Source: Nitrospirota bacterium (GTDB lineage Bacteria > Nitrospirota > Thermodesulfovibrionia > Thermodesulfovibrionales > JdFR-86). Taken from it: a DNA stretch of 64,000 bases. A program made the position numbers and the translations under genes. Positions 17,736 to 26,727 of this stretch are shown here, piece by piece. The notes beneath the pieces were generated by a model. That model saw only the letters and a list, made by a program, of their open reading frames with translations. It made no database searches and had not been told where the DNA came from. The stretch's first letter is position 1. Each line of letters begins with the position of its first letter. The stretch spans positions 416,001 through 480,000 of the forward strand of contig CAVRJY010000001.1 in the NCBI GenBank assembly GCA_963721805.1, in the 5' to 3' direction.

Positions 17736-18717
17736 TAAACCCGCCGGCAGCCGGGGGACCGCGTTAGTTCGCTCGCTGCTTGCGTCCGATGCGCTCTCGG
17801 GCGAGCTTATGGCCCGCAAGCTCGGCGTCACGCGCGCTGCGCTCTGGAAGCAGATCTCGGCGCTCCGCGAGCGGGGCTTTTCAATCGAGGGCGCGCGAGG
17901 CGAGGGCTACAGGCTCATCGGCATGCCGGAACTCAGCGCCGAGGGGATCATGGCCTCGGTGAGCGGCCCTATAGGGCGCGAAGTCATATGCCTGGATAAG
18001 ACCGAATCGACCAACGACGTGGCGATGGGGCTGGCCTCGGAGGGCGCGGCGCATGGCACGGCCGTGGTCGCGGACTCACAAGCGCACGGCCGGGGCAGGC
18101 GCGGGAGGCCGTGGATCTCGGCCCCCGGCGCGGGGCTCCTGATGAGCGTAATTCTGCGCCCGGCGATCTTCCCCGAGGACGCCCCGATACTGACATATAT
18201 CTGCTCACTTGCCGCTGCCGAGGCCTTGCGTAAGGCCACCGGGATCGAGGTCACGCTCAAGTGGCCCAACGACCTTATGGTGAACGACAAGAAACTCGGC
18301 GGCCTCCTGATCGAGATGCGCACCGAGCCCGGCGCGGTGCTGTACGCCGTGGCAGGCTTCGGCATCAACGCAAGCACCAGGCGCGCCGCGATGCCCGCCT
18401 CGATACGCCAGAGCGCTACCTCGCTCTGGCTGGAGTCCCGCAGGAAGTTCACGCGGACCGCCCTGGCCTCGGCCATACTCGATGCCCTATCAAACGAACT
18501 CGACTCTTATACCTGCTTCGGGCCGGACGCGATCATGGCGCGCTGGCGGCTGCTGTGCGGCACGCTCGGGCGCAAGGTCACGGTGCTCGGGCCGCAGGGC
18601 GCGATTAGCGGCATCGCGAGCGATATAGACCGCCTCGGAAGGCTCGTGCTCGTCACGCCGGACGGCGCGAAGCACGCGCTTAGTTCGGGCGACGTGACGA
18701 TAGGCGGGGCAGCCTGA
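17710..18717 (+). CDS. birA: Bifunctional biotin-[acetyl-CoA carboxylase] ligase/repressor
   Basis: N-terminal HTH, STND, GRGRRGRPW, KWPND, KLGGLL; start uncertain. Confidence 0.93.
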   Translation: MSSSSRKSNKPAGSRGTALVRSLLASDALSGELMARKLGVTRAALWKQISALRERGFSIEGARGEGYRLIGMPELSAEGIMASVSGPIGREVICLDKTESTNDVAMGLASEGAAHGTAVVADSQAHGRGRRGRPWISAPGAGLLMSVILRPAIFPEDAPILTYICSLAAAEALRKATGIEVTLKWPNDLMVNDKKLGGLLIEMRTEPGAVLYAVAGFGINASTRRAAMPASIRQSATSLWLESRRKFTRTALASAILDALSNELDSYTCFGPDAIMARWRLLCGTLGRKVTVLGPQGAISGIASDIDRLGRLVLVTPDGAKHALSSGDVTIGGAA

Positions 18718-18718
18718 T

Positions 18719-19480
18719 ATGCTGGTCGCTATCATCATAGGCAACTCCTCGATCAGGCTGGGGTTCTTCCATGGCGCCGAGCTCCTGCATTCCGATAGGG
18801 TAGACGCGGCGGAACTGCTCTCGTCGTCATGGTATGCCGAGCGGATAAAAGCGCTGATGAAGGAGCACGGGGCGGAAGGCCCACAGGTGGTGATCGGCTC
18901 GGTCGTGCCTGCGCTTACGGGCGTCGTTGCCGAGGGGGCCGGGATTGCTACCGGCACGATGCCGTTTATGGCTTCATACGCGCACGCCGCGCCGATGAGG
19001 ATAGACCTCGAGAGCCCCGAACTGCTCGGGGTGGACCGCATCGCGGTGGCGCGGGCGGCATATGACAGGGGAGGGGGCCCGGTGGCGGTCGTGGATTTCG
19101 GGACCGCTACGACGGTGAACTTCGTGGACGAGGGGCAGGTGTTTCTGGGCGGCGCTATCCTACCGGGGCCGGGCCTGATGCTCCGGGCGCTTGGAAGCGG
19201 CACGGCCGCGCTGCCCGAGATCGAGCCCCGCGCCACGGACGACGCGCTCGGGCGCGATACCGCCTCCGCGATGCTTTCTGGTATCATTATCGGCAGCGCC
19301 GGCGCGGTTATGCGCATAATAGACGAGGTCGGCCGAAAGCGGGGCCGGGCGTTCCGCACCGAGGCCACCGGAGGCTATGCCGGGCTGGTCAGCCCGCACC
19401 TCGGCGCCGGGGTAACAACGGACCCTGTGCTTGCCCTTAGGGGGCTCAGGCTCATGTACGAGGGCCATGTGAATGCATGA
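18719..19480 (+). CDS. coaX: Type III pantothenate kinase
   Basis: IGNSSI, LGVDR, VDFGTATT, GGAILPG, ATGG; follows birA. Confidence 0.93.
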   Translation: MLVAIIIGNSSIRLGFFHGAELLHSDRVDAAELLSSSWYAERIKALMKEHGAEGPQVVIGSVVPALTGVVAEGAGIATGTMPFMASYAHAAPMRIDLESPELLGVDRIAVARAAYDRGGGPVAVVDFGTATTVNFVDEGQVFLGGAILPGPGLMLRALGSGTAALPEIEPRATDDALGRDTASAMLSGIIIGSAGAVMRIIDEVGRKRGRAFRTEATGGYAGLVSPHLGAGVTTDPVLALRGLRLMYEGHVNA

Positions 19481-20486
19481 ACTCAGAAAAGACCCGATAG
19501 TATCGCGCTGGGTCGTGGTATTGAAGGACTCCATAGGGCCCGAGGCATACGGCACCGAGGGCCACGAGCCCCCGTCATCCAGCCCTGCATCGGCAGGGGA
19601 ATGCCCGGTATGCTCGGCCTTCGACTCCACCCCGATACTCGACCTCCCCTCGCCCGTGGAGGAAAACCCCGGATGGCGCATAAAGGTGTACAAGAGCCCT
19701 GTCGGGCTCTTTCAGGACGACGGCGAGCTCAGCCGCAAGGGCCACGGGATGTATGACGAGATGAGCGCGCTCGGGCGTGACGAGGTCGTGGTCGAGAGCC
19801 CCGGGCACACCACCTGCTCCGAGGACCTCGGCGGGGAGCACATGGCCCGCATCTTCGGCGTGCACCGCATGCGCGTCGAGGCGCTCGAGGCCGACGAGCG
19901 GGCGCGCTACGTCATGGTCTCGAAAAACTCGGTCACGCACCAGGGCGGCCTGCTCGACCACCCGCACTCGCGGATCGTCGCCGCGCCGATCATCCCGCTG
20001 CGCGTGAAGGCCGAGCTCGACGGCGCGAAGCAGTACTACTCGTACAAGGACCGCTGCATATTCTGCGACGTCCTGACCGAGGAACTCCGCAACAAGACCC
20101 GCATAATCCGCGAGAGCGCGCACTTCGTCGCGTTCGCCCCGTTCGCCCCGCGCTATTCGTTCGAGTTCTGGGTGATGCCCAAGCGCCACTCCTGTGCGTT
20201 TAAGGACATTACGCCCGAGGAGACGGCCGACCTCGGCCGCCTGATGTCATGGGCCCTCGGGAGGTTCCGCCGCGTGCTCGGCGGGCCGTCATACAGCTAC
20301 GTCATCCACAACAGCCCGAACCGCATCCCCCGCCGCAACTACTGGCACACGCTGGGGGACGATTACCACTGGCACATAACCGTCATGCCCAGGCTCCGCA
20401 AGTTCACGGGGCTTGAGTGGAGTTCGGGTTTCTATGCGGTCGAGACCTCGCCCGAGGCAGCGGCGGGGTACCTGAGAGAGGAGTGA
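19473..20486 (+). CDS. galT: Galactose-1-phosphate uridylyltransferase (GalT-like) family protein
   Basis: ELRKDPI..WV, EVVVESP, HPH, CIFCD, YHWH. Confidence 0.8.
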   Translation: MHELRKDPIVSRWVVVLKDSIGPEAYGTEGHEPPSSSPASAGECPVCSAFDSTPILDLPSPVEENPGWRIKVYKSPVGLFQDDGELSRKGHGMYDEMSALGRDEVVVESPGHTTCSEDLGGEHMARIFGVHRMRVEALEADERARYVMVSKNSVTHQGGLLDHPHSRIVAAPIIPLRVKAELDGAKQYYSYKDRCIFCDVLTEELRNKTRIIRESAHFVAFAPFAPRYSFEFWVMPKRHSCAFKDITPEETADLGRLMSWALGRFRRVLGGPSYSYVIHNSPNRIPRRNYWHTLGDDYHWHITVMPRLRKFTGLEWSSGFYAVETSPEAAAGYLREE

Positions 20487-20494
20487 GAGGCGCC

Positions 20495-20932
20495 ATGAAG
20501 CTTGACAAGATCGTCTACGCCACGGACTTCACCGAGGGCTCGGAGGCAGCAGGCCGCTACGCGGTCGAGATGGCAAAGTGCTGTAGCGCGAAGCTCATCG
20601 TCCTAAACGTCGTGTTCGACATCGCGCGCACCGCGGGCTGGAACATATCGCACATCGACACCGACACGCTCTACGAGGCGATGGAGACGGCGGCGCGCAA
20701 GGACCTCGACCGCGTGGTCGCGGCCCTCAAGGCCGAGTACCCGGACGTCGAGGGCGCGATAGTGCGCGGCTTGCCCAACGACGACGTAATAAAATACGCG
20801 GTCGACCAGGGGGCCGGGATGATAGTGATCGGGACGCACGGAAGGCATGGACTGGACAGGCTGCTGTTTGGGAGCACTGCCTCGAAGGTCGTGCGCAACT
20901 CGCCTTGCCCGGTGCTGACAGTCAGGGGCTGA
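20495..20932 (+). CDS. Universal stress protein
   Basis: ATDFTEGS, IVIGTHGR..LFGSTASKVVRNSPCPVLTV. Confidence 0.93.
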   Translation: MKLDKIVYATDFTEGSEAAGRYAVEMAKCCSAKLIVLNVVFDIARTAGWNISHIDTDTLYEAMETAARKDLDRVVAALKAEYPDVEGAIVRGLPNDDVIKYAVDQGAGMIVIGTHGRHGLDRLLFGSTASKVVRNSPCPVLTVRG

Positions 20933-20960
20933 CCTGCGCACTCTAAGGACCCGCGCGCTC

Positions 20961-22049
20961 GTGATCGGAGGCGGTCCGGCCGGGACCTCGGCCAGCCGGG
21001 TGCTTGCGGCCTCGGGCATAGAGACCGTGCTGGTGGAGAAGGACCTCGCATTTAAAAAGCCCTGCGGCGGCGGGATGCCCCTGAGCGCGTTCGGCCCGCT
21101 CGGGATACCGGCCTCGCTCGCCGCGCGCACGGTGCGCGAATTCCGGCTAGTGGCCCCCTCGGGCCATACCGCGGTGACAAAACTCCCTGAGGCCGATGTC
21201 GTTGCGATAGTCGAGCGCGGCACGTTTGACGCCGCGCTGCGGGGGATCGCCGAGGCCGCTGGCGCGAGGGTCGTCGAGGCGCAATTCATGAGGTTCGCAG
21301 ATAAAGGCAGGACCACCGTGGCAGAGCTTCTAAGCCCCGGGGGCGAGGCGTTCTCCATAGAGGCCGATCACGTGATAGCCACGGACGGCGTAAACTCAAG
21401 GGCGGCTATCGGCATAGGCCGGGCGGATGCGGTATATACGATGAACATCAAAACCGCCGCGCTCCCCGCGGGCCGGAGCGATGCCTGCGAGTTCTGGTTC
21501 GGGATGGGGCATGCGCCGGGGTTTTACTCCTGGGTATTCCCGGCCCGCGATGGCGTATCGCTGGGCACGGGATGCGCCGAGGGCCGGGAGCTGCGCGGCC
21601 GCATGGCCGCGTTCCTGCGCAGGCTCGGGGCTGCCGATGATCCCATGGAGGGCGCGAGGGTATACAGGATACCCAGGTGGCGCTCCGGTGCGGTGCCGCT
21701 CAGGCACGGCGGGATACTTTTTGCGGGCGACGCGGCCGGGCACGTGATGCCGCTTACCTTCGAGGGGATATACTATGCCATGCGCTCCGGCGCGCTCGCC
21801 GCGAACTGCGTGGCAGGGGGACGGCCGGAAAAATACGAGAGGCAATGGAAGGCCGAGTTCGGCATGACCTTCGGCCTGATGCGCATGCTGCGCGGCTGGT
21901 TCCTGCGCTCCGACGACAGGATGGAGAAGTTCGTGAGGCTGTTTGAGAGGCCCGAGGTGATGAGCTTCGCCCTCGGCATATGGACTGACAAGCGCCTTCT
22001 AAACGGGCGCGGGCTGCGATGGTATGCAAATATACTTAGAAAGATATAA
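20961..22049 (+). CDS. Geranylgeranyl reductase family FAD oxidoreductase
   Basis: IGGGPAG, KPCGGG, YSWVFP, GDAAGHV..EGIYYA; true start may lie slightly upstream. Confidence 0.85.
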   Translation: MIGGGPAGTSASRVLAASGIETVLVEKDLAFKKPCGGGMPLSAFGPLGIPASLAARTVREFRLVAPSGHTAVTKLPEADVVAIVERGTFDAALRGIAEAAGARVVEAQFMRFADKGRTTVAELLSPGGEAFSIEADHVIATDGVNSRAAIGIGRADAVYTMNIKTAALPAGRSDACEFWFGMGHAPGFYSWVFPARDGVSLGTGCAEGRELRGRMAAFLRRLGAADDPMEGARVYRIPRWRSGAVPLRHGGILFAGDAAGHVMPLTFEGIYYAMRSGALAANCVAGGRPEKYERQWKAEFGMTFGLMRMLRGWFLRSDDRMEKFVRLFERPEVMSFALGIWTDKRLLNGRGLRWYANILRKI

Positions 22050-22899
22050 CCCCCTGCGCGGACCCTTCGCATGGTTCGTCGCGGCCTCGCTTGTGGCGCA
22101 TGCGCTGGCGCTCGTGCTCATAACACAGCTTGCGCACGAGGCTGTCCATAACCCCTCGGATTCCATGATCGTGCGCCTTCTGGACGCTCCCAGTCCTAAG
22201 CCCGCGCCTGTGCCAGCGGTTCCGGCGCGAAGGGCCGCGCCTGCCATGCCTCCGCATAGCAGGCCTATGCCGCGCCCCGCGGCCCCTATACCGGCAATCC
22301 CTTTGCCTTCGGCGCCCGCGCCGGGCGGGACCTTAAGGAGGGGGGCAGTTGCCCCCGCCCCCGCCCCAATGCCGTTTCCTCCTGACGCTCTGGCCCCATC
22401 GAGGCCCGAGGGTGCGGTCAGGCGAGGGGCCGCGCGCCCGAAGATCGACTTCTCGGACATCCCGCAGCCCTCGCGCGGGGCCGCTCACGAGGAGGCGAGG
22501 CTCGTGGACCCCGCGGTCATAGATCAGTATGCCGAGCGGGTCGAGCGCAAGGTGGAGGACCAGAAAAAGATCGGGATCACGACCGACGAGTTTAAATACC
22601 GCGACTACATGCGCAGGCTCAAGGCGCGCATCGAGGGCATCTGGGACTACCCGCGCGAGGCCGCGGAGCGAGGCATATCCGGCGACCTGGAGATAGAGTT
22701 CACGATCAACCGCGACGGGACGCTCGGCAAAGTCAGGCTTGCGCGGACCTCGGGGTTCCCGGACCTCGACGAGGCCGCGCTGCGCGCGGTGCGGGACGCT
22801 GCCCCGTACTGGCCGATGCCGGCCGACTGGGAGGAGAAGGGGATCATCATAATGGGGCACTTCATATATCACGGCCCCTCGGGCAAGTACATCAGATAA
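22024..22899 (+). CDS. TonB family protein
   Basis: SLVAH TM anchor, Pro-rich linker, YPREAAERGISG...SGFPDLDEAALRAV. Confidence 0.88.
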   Translation: MQIYLERYNPLRGPFAWFVAASLVAHALALVLITQLAHEAVHNPSDSMIVRLLDAPSPKPAPVPAVPARRAAPAMPPHSRPMPRPAAPIPAIPLPSAPAPGGTLRRGAVAPAPAPMPFPPDALAPSRPEGAVRRGAARPKIDFSDIPQPSRGAAHEEARLVDPAVIDQYAERVERKVEDQKKIGITTDEFKYRDYMRRLKARIEGIWDYPREAAERGISGDLEIEFTINRDGTLGKVRLARTSGFPDLDEAALRAVRDAAPYWPMPADWEEKGIIIMGHFIYHGPSGKYIR

Positions 22900-22953
22900 C
22901 GCGCCTGCGCTGCCGGAAGCTATTTTCAGACGGATTCAAATATAATCATCCCC

Positions 22954-23832
22954 ATGGATATCCTGGTGAATCTCGACAAGCCGCGCGGCATCACCTCTCA
23001 AGACGCCGTCACGCTCGTCAAGCGCATCCTCAAGGTTAAGAAGGCCGGCCACTGCGGCACGCTCGACCCGCTCGCCACCGGCGTGCTCGTCATTTGCACG
23101 GGCGAGGCCACGAAGATCGCGTCTCTCGTGACCGACGCGGACAAGGAATACTCGGCTGAGCTGAAGTTCGGCACGCGCACCGACACCTATGACTCCGAGG
23201 GCCGCGTGATCGCAACGGCCGATTTCTCGTGCGTGATGAAAGACGCTGTGCTCGCTGTGCTCGGGCGTTTTCGCGGCCGCATCATGCAGCGCCCTCCGAT
23301 GTACTCTGCCATAAAGGTTAAGGGAACTCCGCTGTACAAGCTCGCGCGCAAGGGGATCGAGCTCGAGGTCCCGGAGCGCGAGGTCGAGATCACGCGGCTT
23401 GAGCTTGCTTCGTTCGATCCGCCGCATGCGTCCATCCTCGTCGAATGCGGCAAGGGCACTTATATCCGCTCGCTCATAGACGACATCGGAACGGCGCTCG
23501 GATGCCTTGCGCACATGACCGGACTAAGAAGGCTGAGAGTAGGCCGCTTCAGGGCCGAGGATGCGGCACGGCCGGAGGAAATTTTATCGAAGCCATTTTC
23601 TTCTTGCACTATAGATAATGCTCTGTTACAATTGAGCGAGTTTGCAGTGGAGGGACCCGATCTGAAGCGGGCCTTAAACGGGGGAGCTGTAAGAGTTAGT
23701 GCTTGCGCGGGTTTCCGCGATGGGGGGCTTCTAAGAATCAAATCCCCAGATGGCGCGCTGATCGGCATAGGCGTATGCTCCGGCGGGCTGGTAAAAATGC
23801 AGAGAATGTTCAATTTGGGGGGCAAGACATGA
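22954..23832 (+). CDS. truB: tRNA pseudouridine(55) synthase
   Basis: GHCGTLDPLATGVL, PPMYSAIKVKG, CGKGTYIRSL. Confidence 0.97.
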   Translation: MDILVNLDKPRGITSQDAVTLVKRILKVKKAGHCGTLDPLATGVLVICTGEATKIASLVTDADKEYSAELKFGTRTDTYDSEGRVIATADFSCVMKDAVLAVLGRFRGRIMQRPPMYSAIKVKGTPLYKLARKGIELEVPEREVEITRLELASFDPPHASILVECGKGTYIRSLIDDIGTALGCLAHMTGLRRLRVGRFRAEDAARPEEILSKPFSSCTIDNALLQLSEFAVEGPDLKRALNGGAVRVSACAGFRDGGLLRIKSPDGALIGIGVCSGGLVKMQRMFNLGGKT

Positions 23833-23923
23833 AGCAGTTTGTAATGGTTCAAAACGCAAGAGGCCGATTTATCTCAAAAAAATACTTGACAATGCCGTTT
23901 AGATCTGTTAAACCATAAACGTT

Positions 23924-24976
23924 ATGTTTTTCGGATCTAAGGACACCATAGGTCTCGACATCGGGTCGAGCAACATAAAGCTCGTGCAGCTGCGCGAGCG
24001 CAAGGGCGGCTATGAGCTCGATGCGTTCGAGGTCATGCACCTGCCGCCTGACATCATCGTCGAGGGCTCGGTCATCGACTCCATGCGCCTTGCGGATTCG
24101 ATAAAGGAGATAGTAAGGAAGGCCAAGGTGCGAGCCAAGAACGTCGCGCTGGGCATTGCCGGAAACTCCTTCGTCATCATAAAGCGCATCACGCTGCCGG
24201 AGATGACCGACGAGGAACTGAGCGAGTCGATCAGGTTCGAGGCCGAGCAGTACGTGCCCTTCGACATCGACGACGTCAACATCGATTTCCAGATCATCGG
24301 CCCGAGGGACGAGCCCGGACAGATGGACGTCATCATCGTCGCGGTCAAGAAGGACATCATTAATGAATACATCAACGTCGTGCGCGACGCGGGCCTCTCG
24401 CCCGTGGTCGTCGACGTCAACGCATTCGCGCTCGGCAACATGTACGAGATCAACTACGAGGTCGAGCCGAACCGCAACGTGGCGCTGGTCAACATCGGGG
24501 CCAATACGATCAACATAAACGTCTTGAAGGGCGGCGAGACCGTATTTACGCGCGACGCCTCCATCGGCGGCAACCTGCAGAGCGAGGCGCTTCAGAAGGC
24601 CCTCGGCATCACGTTTGAGAACGCCGAGCGCGTAAAGCGCGGCGGCGCTGTAGATGGCGTGGTCGAGGCCGAGGCCGAGCAGGCCCTCGCTTCCGCTTCC
24701 GAGGACCTCATAGCCGAGATCAGCCGTTCGCTGGACTATTTCAGGAGCACGGCCTTCCACGAGGAGATCAACGAGGTCATACTCTCAGGCGGCGGGGCGC
24801 TCGTGAAGGGCTTTGCAGACCAGCTCAGCAACCACATGGGCATACAGGTCAGGCGCTCCGAGCCGTTTAAGAACATCCACATACCCGCGAGGTTCGACTT
24901 GTCCTCCATCGAGGAGACCGGCTGCATAGCGGCCGTGGCGGTGGGGCTCGCGATCAGGAGGGCCGGCGACAGATGA
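23924..24976 (+). CDS. pilM: Type IV pilus assembly protein PilM
   Basis: GLDIGSS, EAEQYVPF, ILSGGGA, AVGLAIR; TTGACA at 23886. Confidence 0.96.
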   Translation: MFFGSKDTIGLDIGSSNIKLVQLRERKGGYELDAFEVMHLPPDIIVEGSVIDSMRLADSIKEIVRKAKVRAKNVALGIAGNSFVIIKRITLPEMTDEELSESIRFEAEQYVPFDIDDVNIDFQIIGPRDEPGQMDVIIVAVKKDIINEYINVVRDAGLSPVVVDVNAFALGNMYEINYEVEPNRNVALVNIGANTININVLKGGETVFTRDASIGGNLQSEALQKALGITFENAERVKRGGAVDGVVEAEAEQALASASEDLIAEISRSLDYFRSTAFHEEINEVILSGGGALVKGFADQLSNHMGIQVRRSEPFKNIHIPARFDLSSIEETGCIAAVAVGLAIRRAGDR

Positions 24977-25518
24977 TGATCCGTATCAACCTGATCCCGA
25001 CCAAACGGAAGAAAAAGGCCAAGCCGGTCCCCTCGTTCGTCGTCTGGGCGGTGCTGATCCTGGTGCTCTCGGCGGCCGGGACGGCCTATACCGCATATTT
25101 TATGAAGTCCAGGATCTCGGCCCTGAACGCCCAGAAGGCCGCAAACGACAAGAAGCTCGCGGACCTCAAGGAGCGCATAAAGGCGGTGAGCAACTTCGAG
25201 GCCCTCAACAAGGCGTTCACCGCCAAAAAGCAGCTGATCGAGAAGCTCCGGGCCAACCAGAGCATTCCGGTCAGGCTGCTTACCGAGATCAACAAGTACC
25301 TCACCGAGGGCATATGGTTTAACTCGCTCACGATGAAGGGCGATTCGATCGAGATCGAGGGCGCGGGTTTTTCGAACTCTGACATCGTGGCCTTCATCCA
25401 GAGCCTGAAGGGCTCGCAGATGCTCGGCGACGCGGTGCTTCAGGAGACCCACATGAACAAGCAAGACGGGGTCGACGTATACATCTTCAAGCTTATCATC
25501 AAGATGAAGGCGGGCTGA
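24973..25518 (+). CDS. pilN: Type IV pilus assembly protein PilN
   Basis: IRINLIP N-terminus, TM segment, operon position. Confidence 0.93.
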   Translation: MMIRINLIPTKRKKKAKPVPSFVVWAVLILVLSAAGTAYTAYFMKSRISALNAQKAANDKKLADLKERIKAVSNFEALNKAFTAKKQLIEKLRANQSIPVRLLTEINKYLTEGIWFNSLTMKGDSIEIEGAGFSNSDIVAFIQSLKGSQMLGDAVLQETHMNKQDGVDVYIFKLIIKMKAG

Positions 25519-25522
25519 AAAC

Positions 25523-26203
25523 ATGGCTCCGAACCTTAAAAACCTGAAACTGAATATCGATTTCAACGCCATCCCGAAGGCGGCGAGGGTCGCTATAGCG
25601 GTCCTCCCCTCGGCCATCCTGATCGGCGCGTTCCTATTCCTCTCGGTCGTGCCGAACAAAAAGACGATCGCCACCCTCAGGGGGCAGATAGCGGCCCAGG
25701 AGGCCGAGATCTCAAAGAGCCAGAGCATGGCCGACAGGCTCGAAGACCTGATCAAGCAAAACGAGATCCTCAAGCAGAGGCTGATAGAGCTCCAGAAGCA
25801 GCTCCCGGAAGAGAGGGAGATATCGGTGCTTCTAAAGCAGGTCTCGGACCTCGGCATCGAAAACGGGCTTGAGATACTCAGCTGGAAGCCCGCTGCGCGC
25901 AAGACCCACCCCAGCGGCATTGTGTACGAGATCCCGGTGGGCATCGAGTTCAAGGGCTCGTACCATCAGCTCGGGCACTTCTTTTCGAGCCTGACCTCGC
26001 TGGACCGCATAGTCAATGTCGCGGACCTGAAGCTCAGCTCGCCCGCGATGGTGGGCGACAGCGTCCGCCTCAACATTTCGTTCACGGCGAACACGTATAC
26101 GGCCGTCGCGTCGGGCGGCCTCACAGACACCGGCGAGAAGGCGGGCGTGACGAATGCGCCTGCGGCCAAAGCGCCTGCGGCGAATCCGGGGGAGAAGAAA
26201 TGA
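25523..26203 (+). CDS. pilO: Type IV pilus assembly protein PilO
   Basis: QLPEEREI, GSYHQLGHFF..LDRIVNV. Confidence 0.93.
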   Translation: MAPNLKNLKLNIDFNAIPKAARVAIAVLPSAILIGAFLFLSVVPNKKTIATLRGQIAAQEAEISKSQSMADRLEDLIKQNEILKQRLIELQKQLPEEREISVLLKQVSDLGIENGLEILSWKPAARKTHPSGIVYEIPVGIEFKGSYHQLGHFFSSLTSLDRIVNVADLKLSSPAMVGDSVRLNISFTANTYTAVASGGLTDTGEKAGVTNAPAAKAPAANPGEKK

Positions 26204-26727
26204 TCCCACGCATAGCGATTAAGCTGGCCATCATGCTTGCGCTCGCGCTTGCCGGCCCCGCGGCCTTCGCAGCCGGTATGCCCGCTCCCGCCGCACCCGC
26301 AGCCGCACCCGCAGCGGCCAGCGCTCCAGCCCCGGGCCGGACCGTCGCCGCAGCGCCGCTGCCCGAGGTCACGCCTTATAACTCCGAGGGCGTGCGCGAC
26401 CCCTTCCTCTCGATAGTGAAGGCCGCAAAGCACGCCCGCGAATCCAAGAAGCTCAATGCGGGCTCGCCGCTCGAGAGCTACGACCTGCACCAGATAGAAA
26501 ACGGCCTTGTTGCGATAATATGGGACGCTAAGATGAGTTACGCGCTAATGCGCCTGCCTGACGGCAAGTTCTACACGGTGCGCGAGGGGATGCCGCTTGG
26601 CATACACGGCGGCAAAGTTTACAAGATACTAAAGGACAGGATCGTCGTCCGCGAAATGCTCCGAGACTTCCGGGGTCAGATGAAACCGCAGGACACGATC
26701 ATCATGCTCCATAAAGAGGAGGGGTAA
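26200..26727 (+). CDS. pilP: Type IV pilus assembly protein PilP
   Basis: RDPF, PLESYDL, position between pilO and pilQ. Confidence 0.88.
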   Translation: MIPRIAIKLAIMLALALAGPAAFAAGMPAPAAPAAAPAAASAPAPGRTVAAAPLPEVTPYNSEGVRDPFLSIVKAAKHARESKKLNAGSPLESYDLHQIENGLVAIIWDAKMSYALMRLPDGKFYTVREGMPLGIHGGKVYKILKDRIVVREMLRDFRGQMKPQDTIIMLHKEEG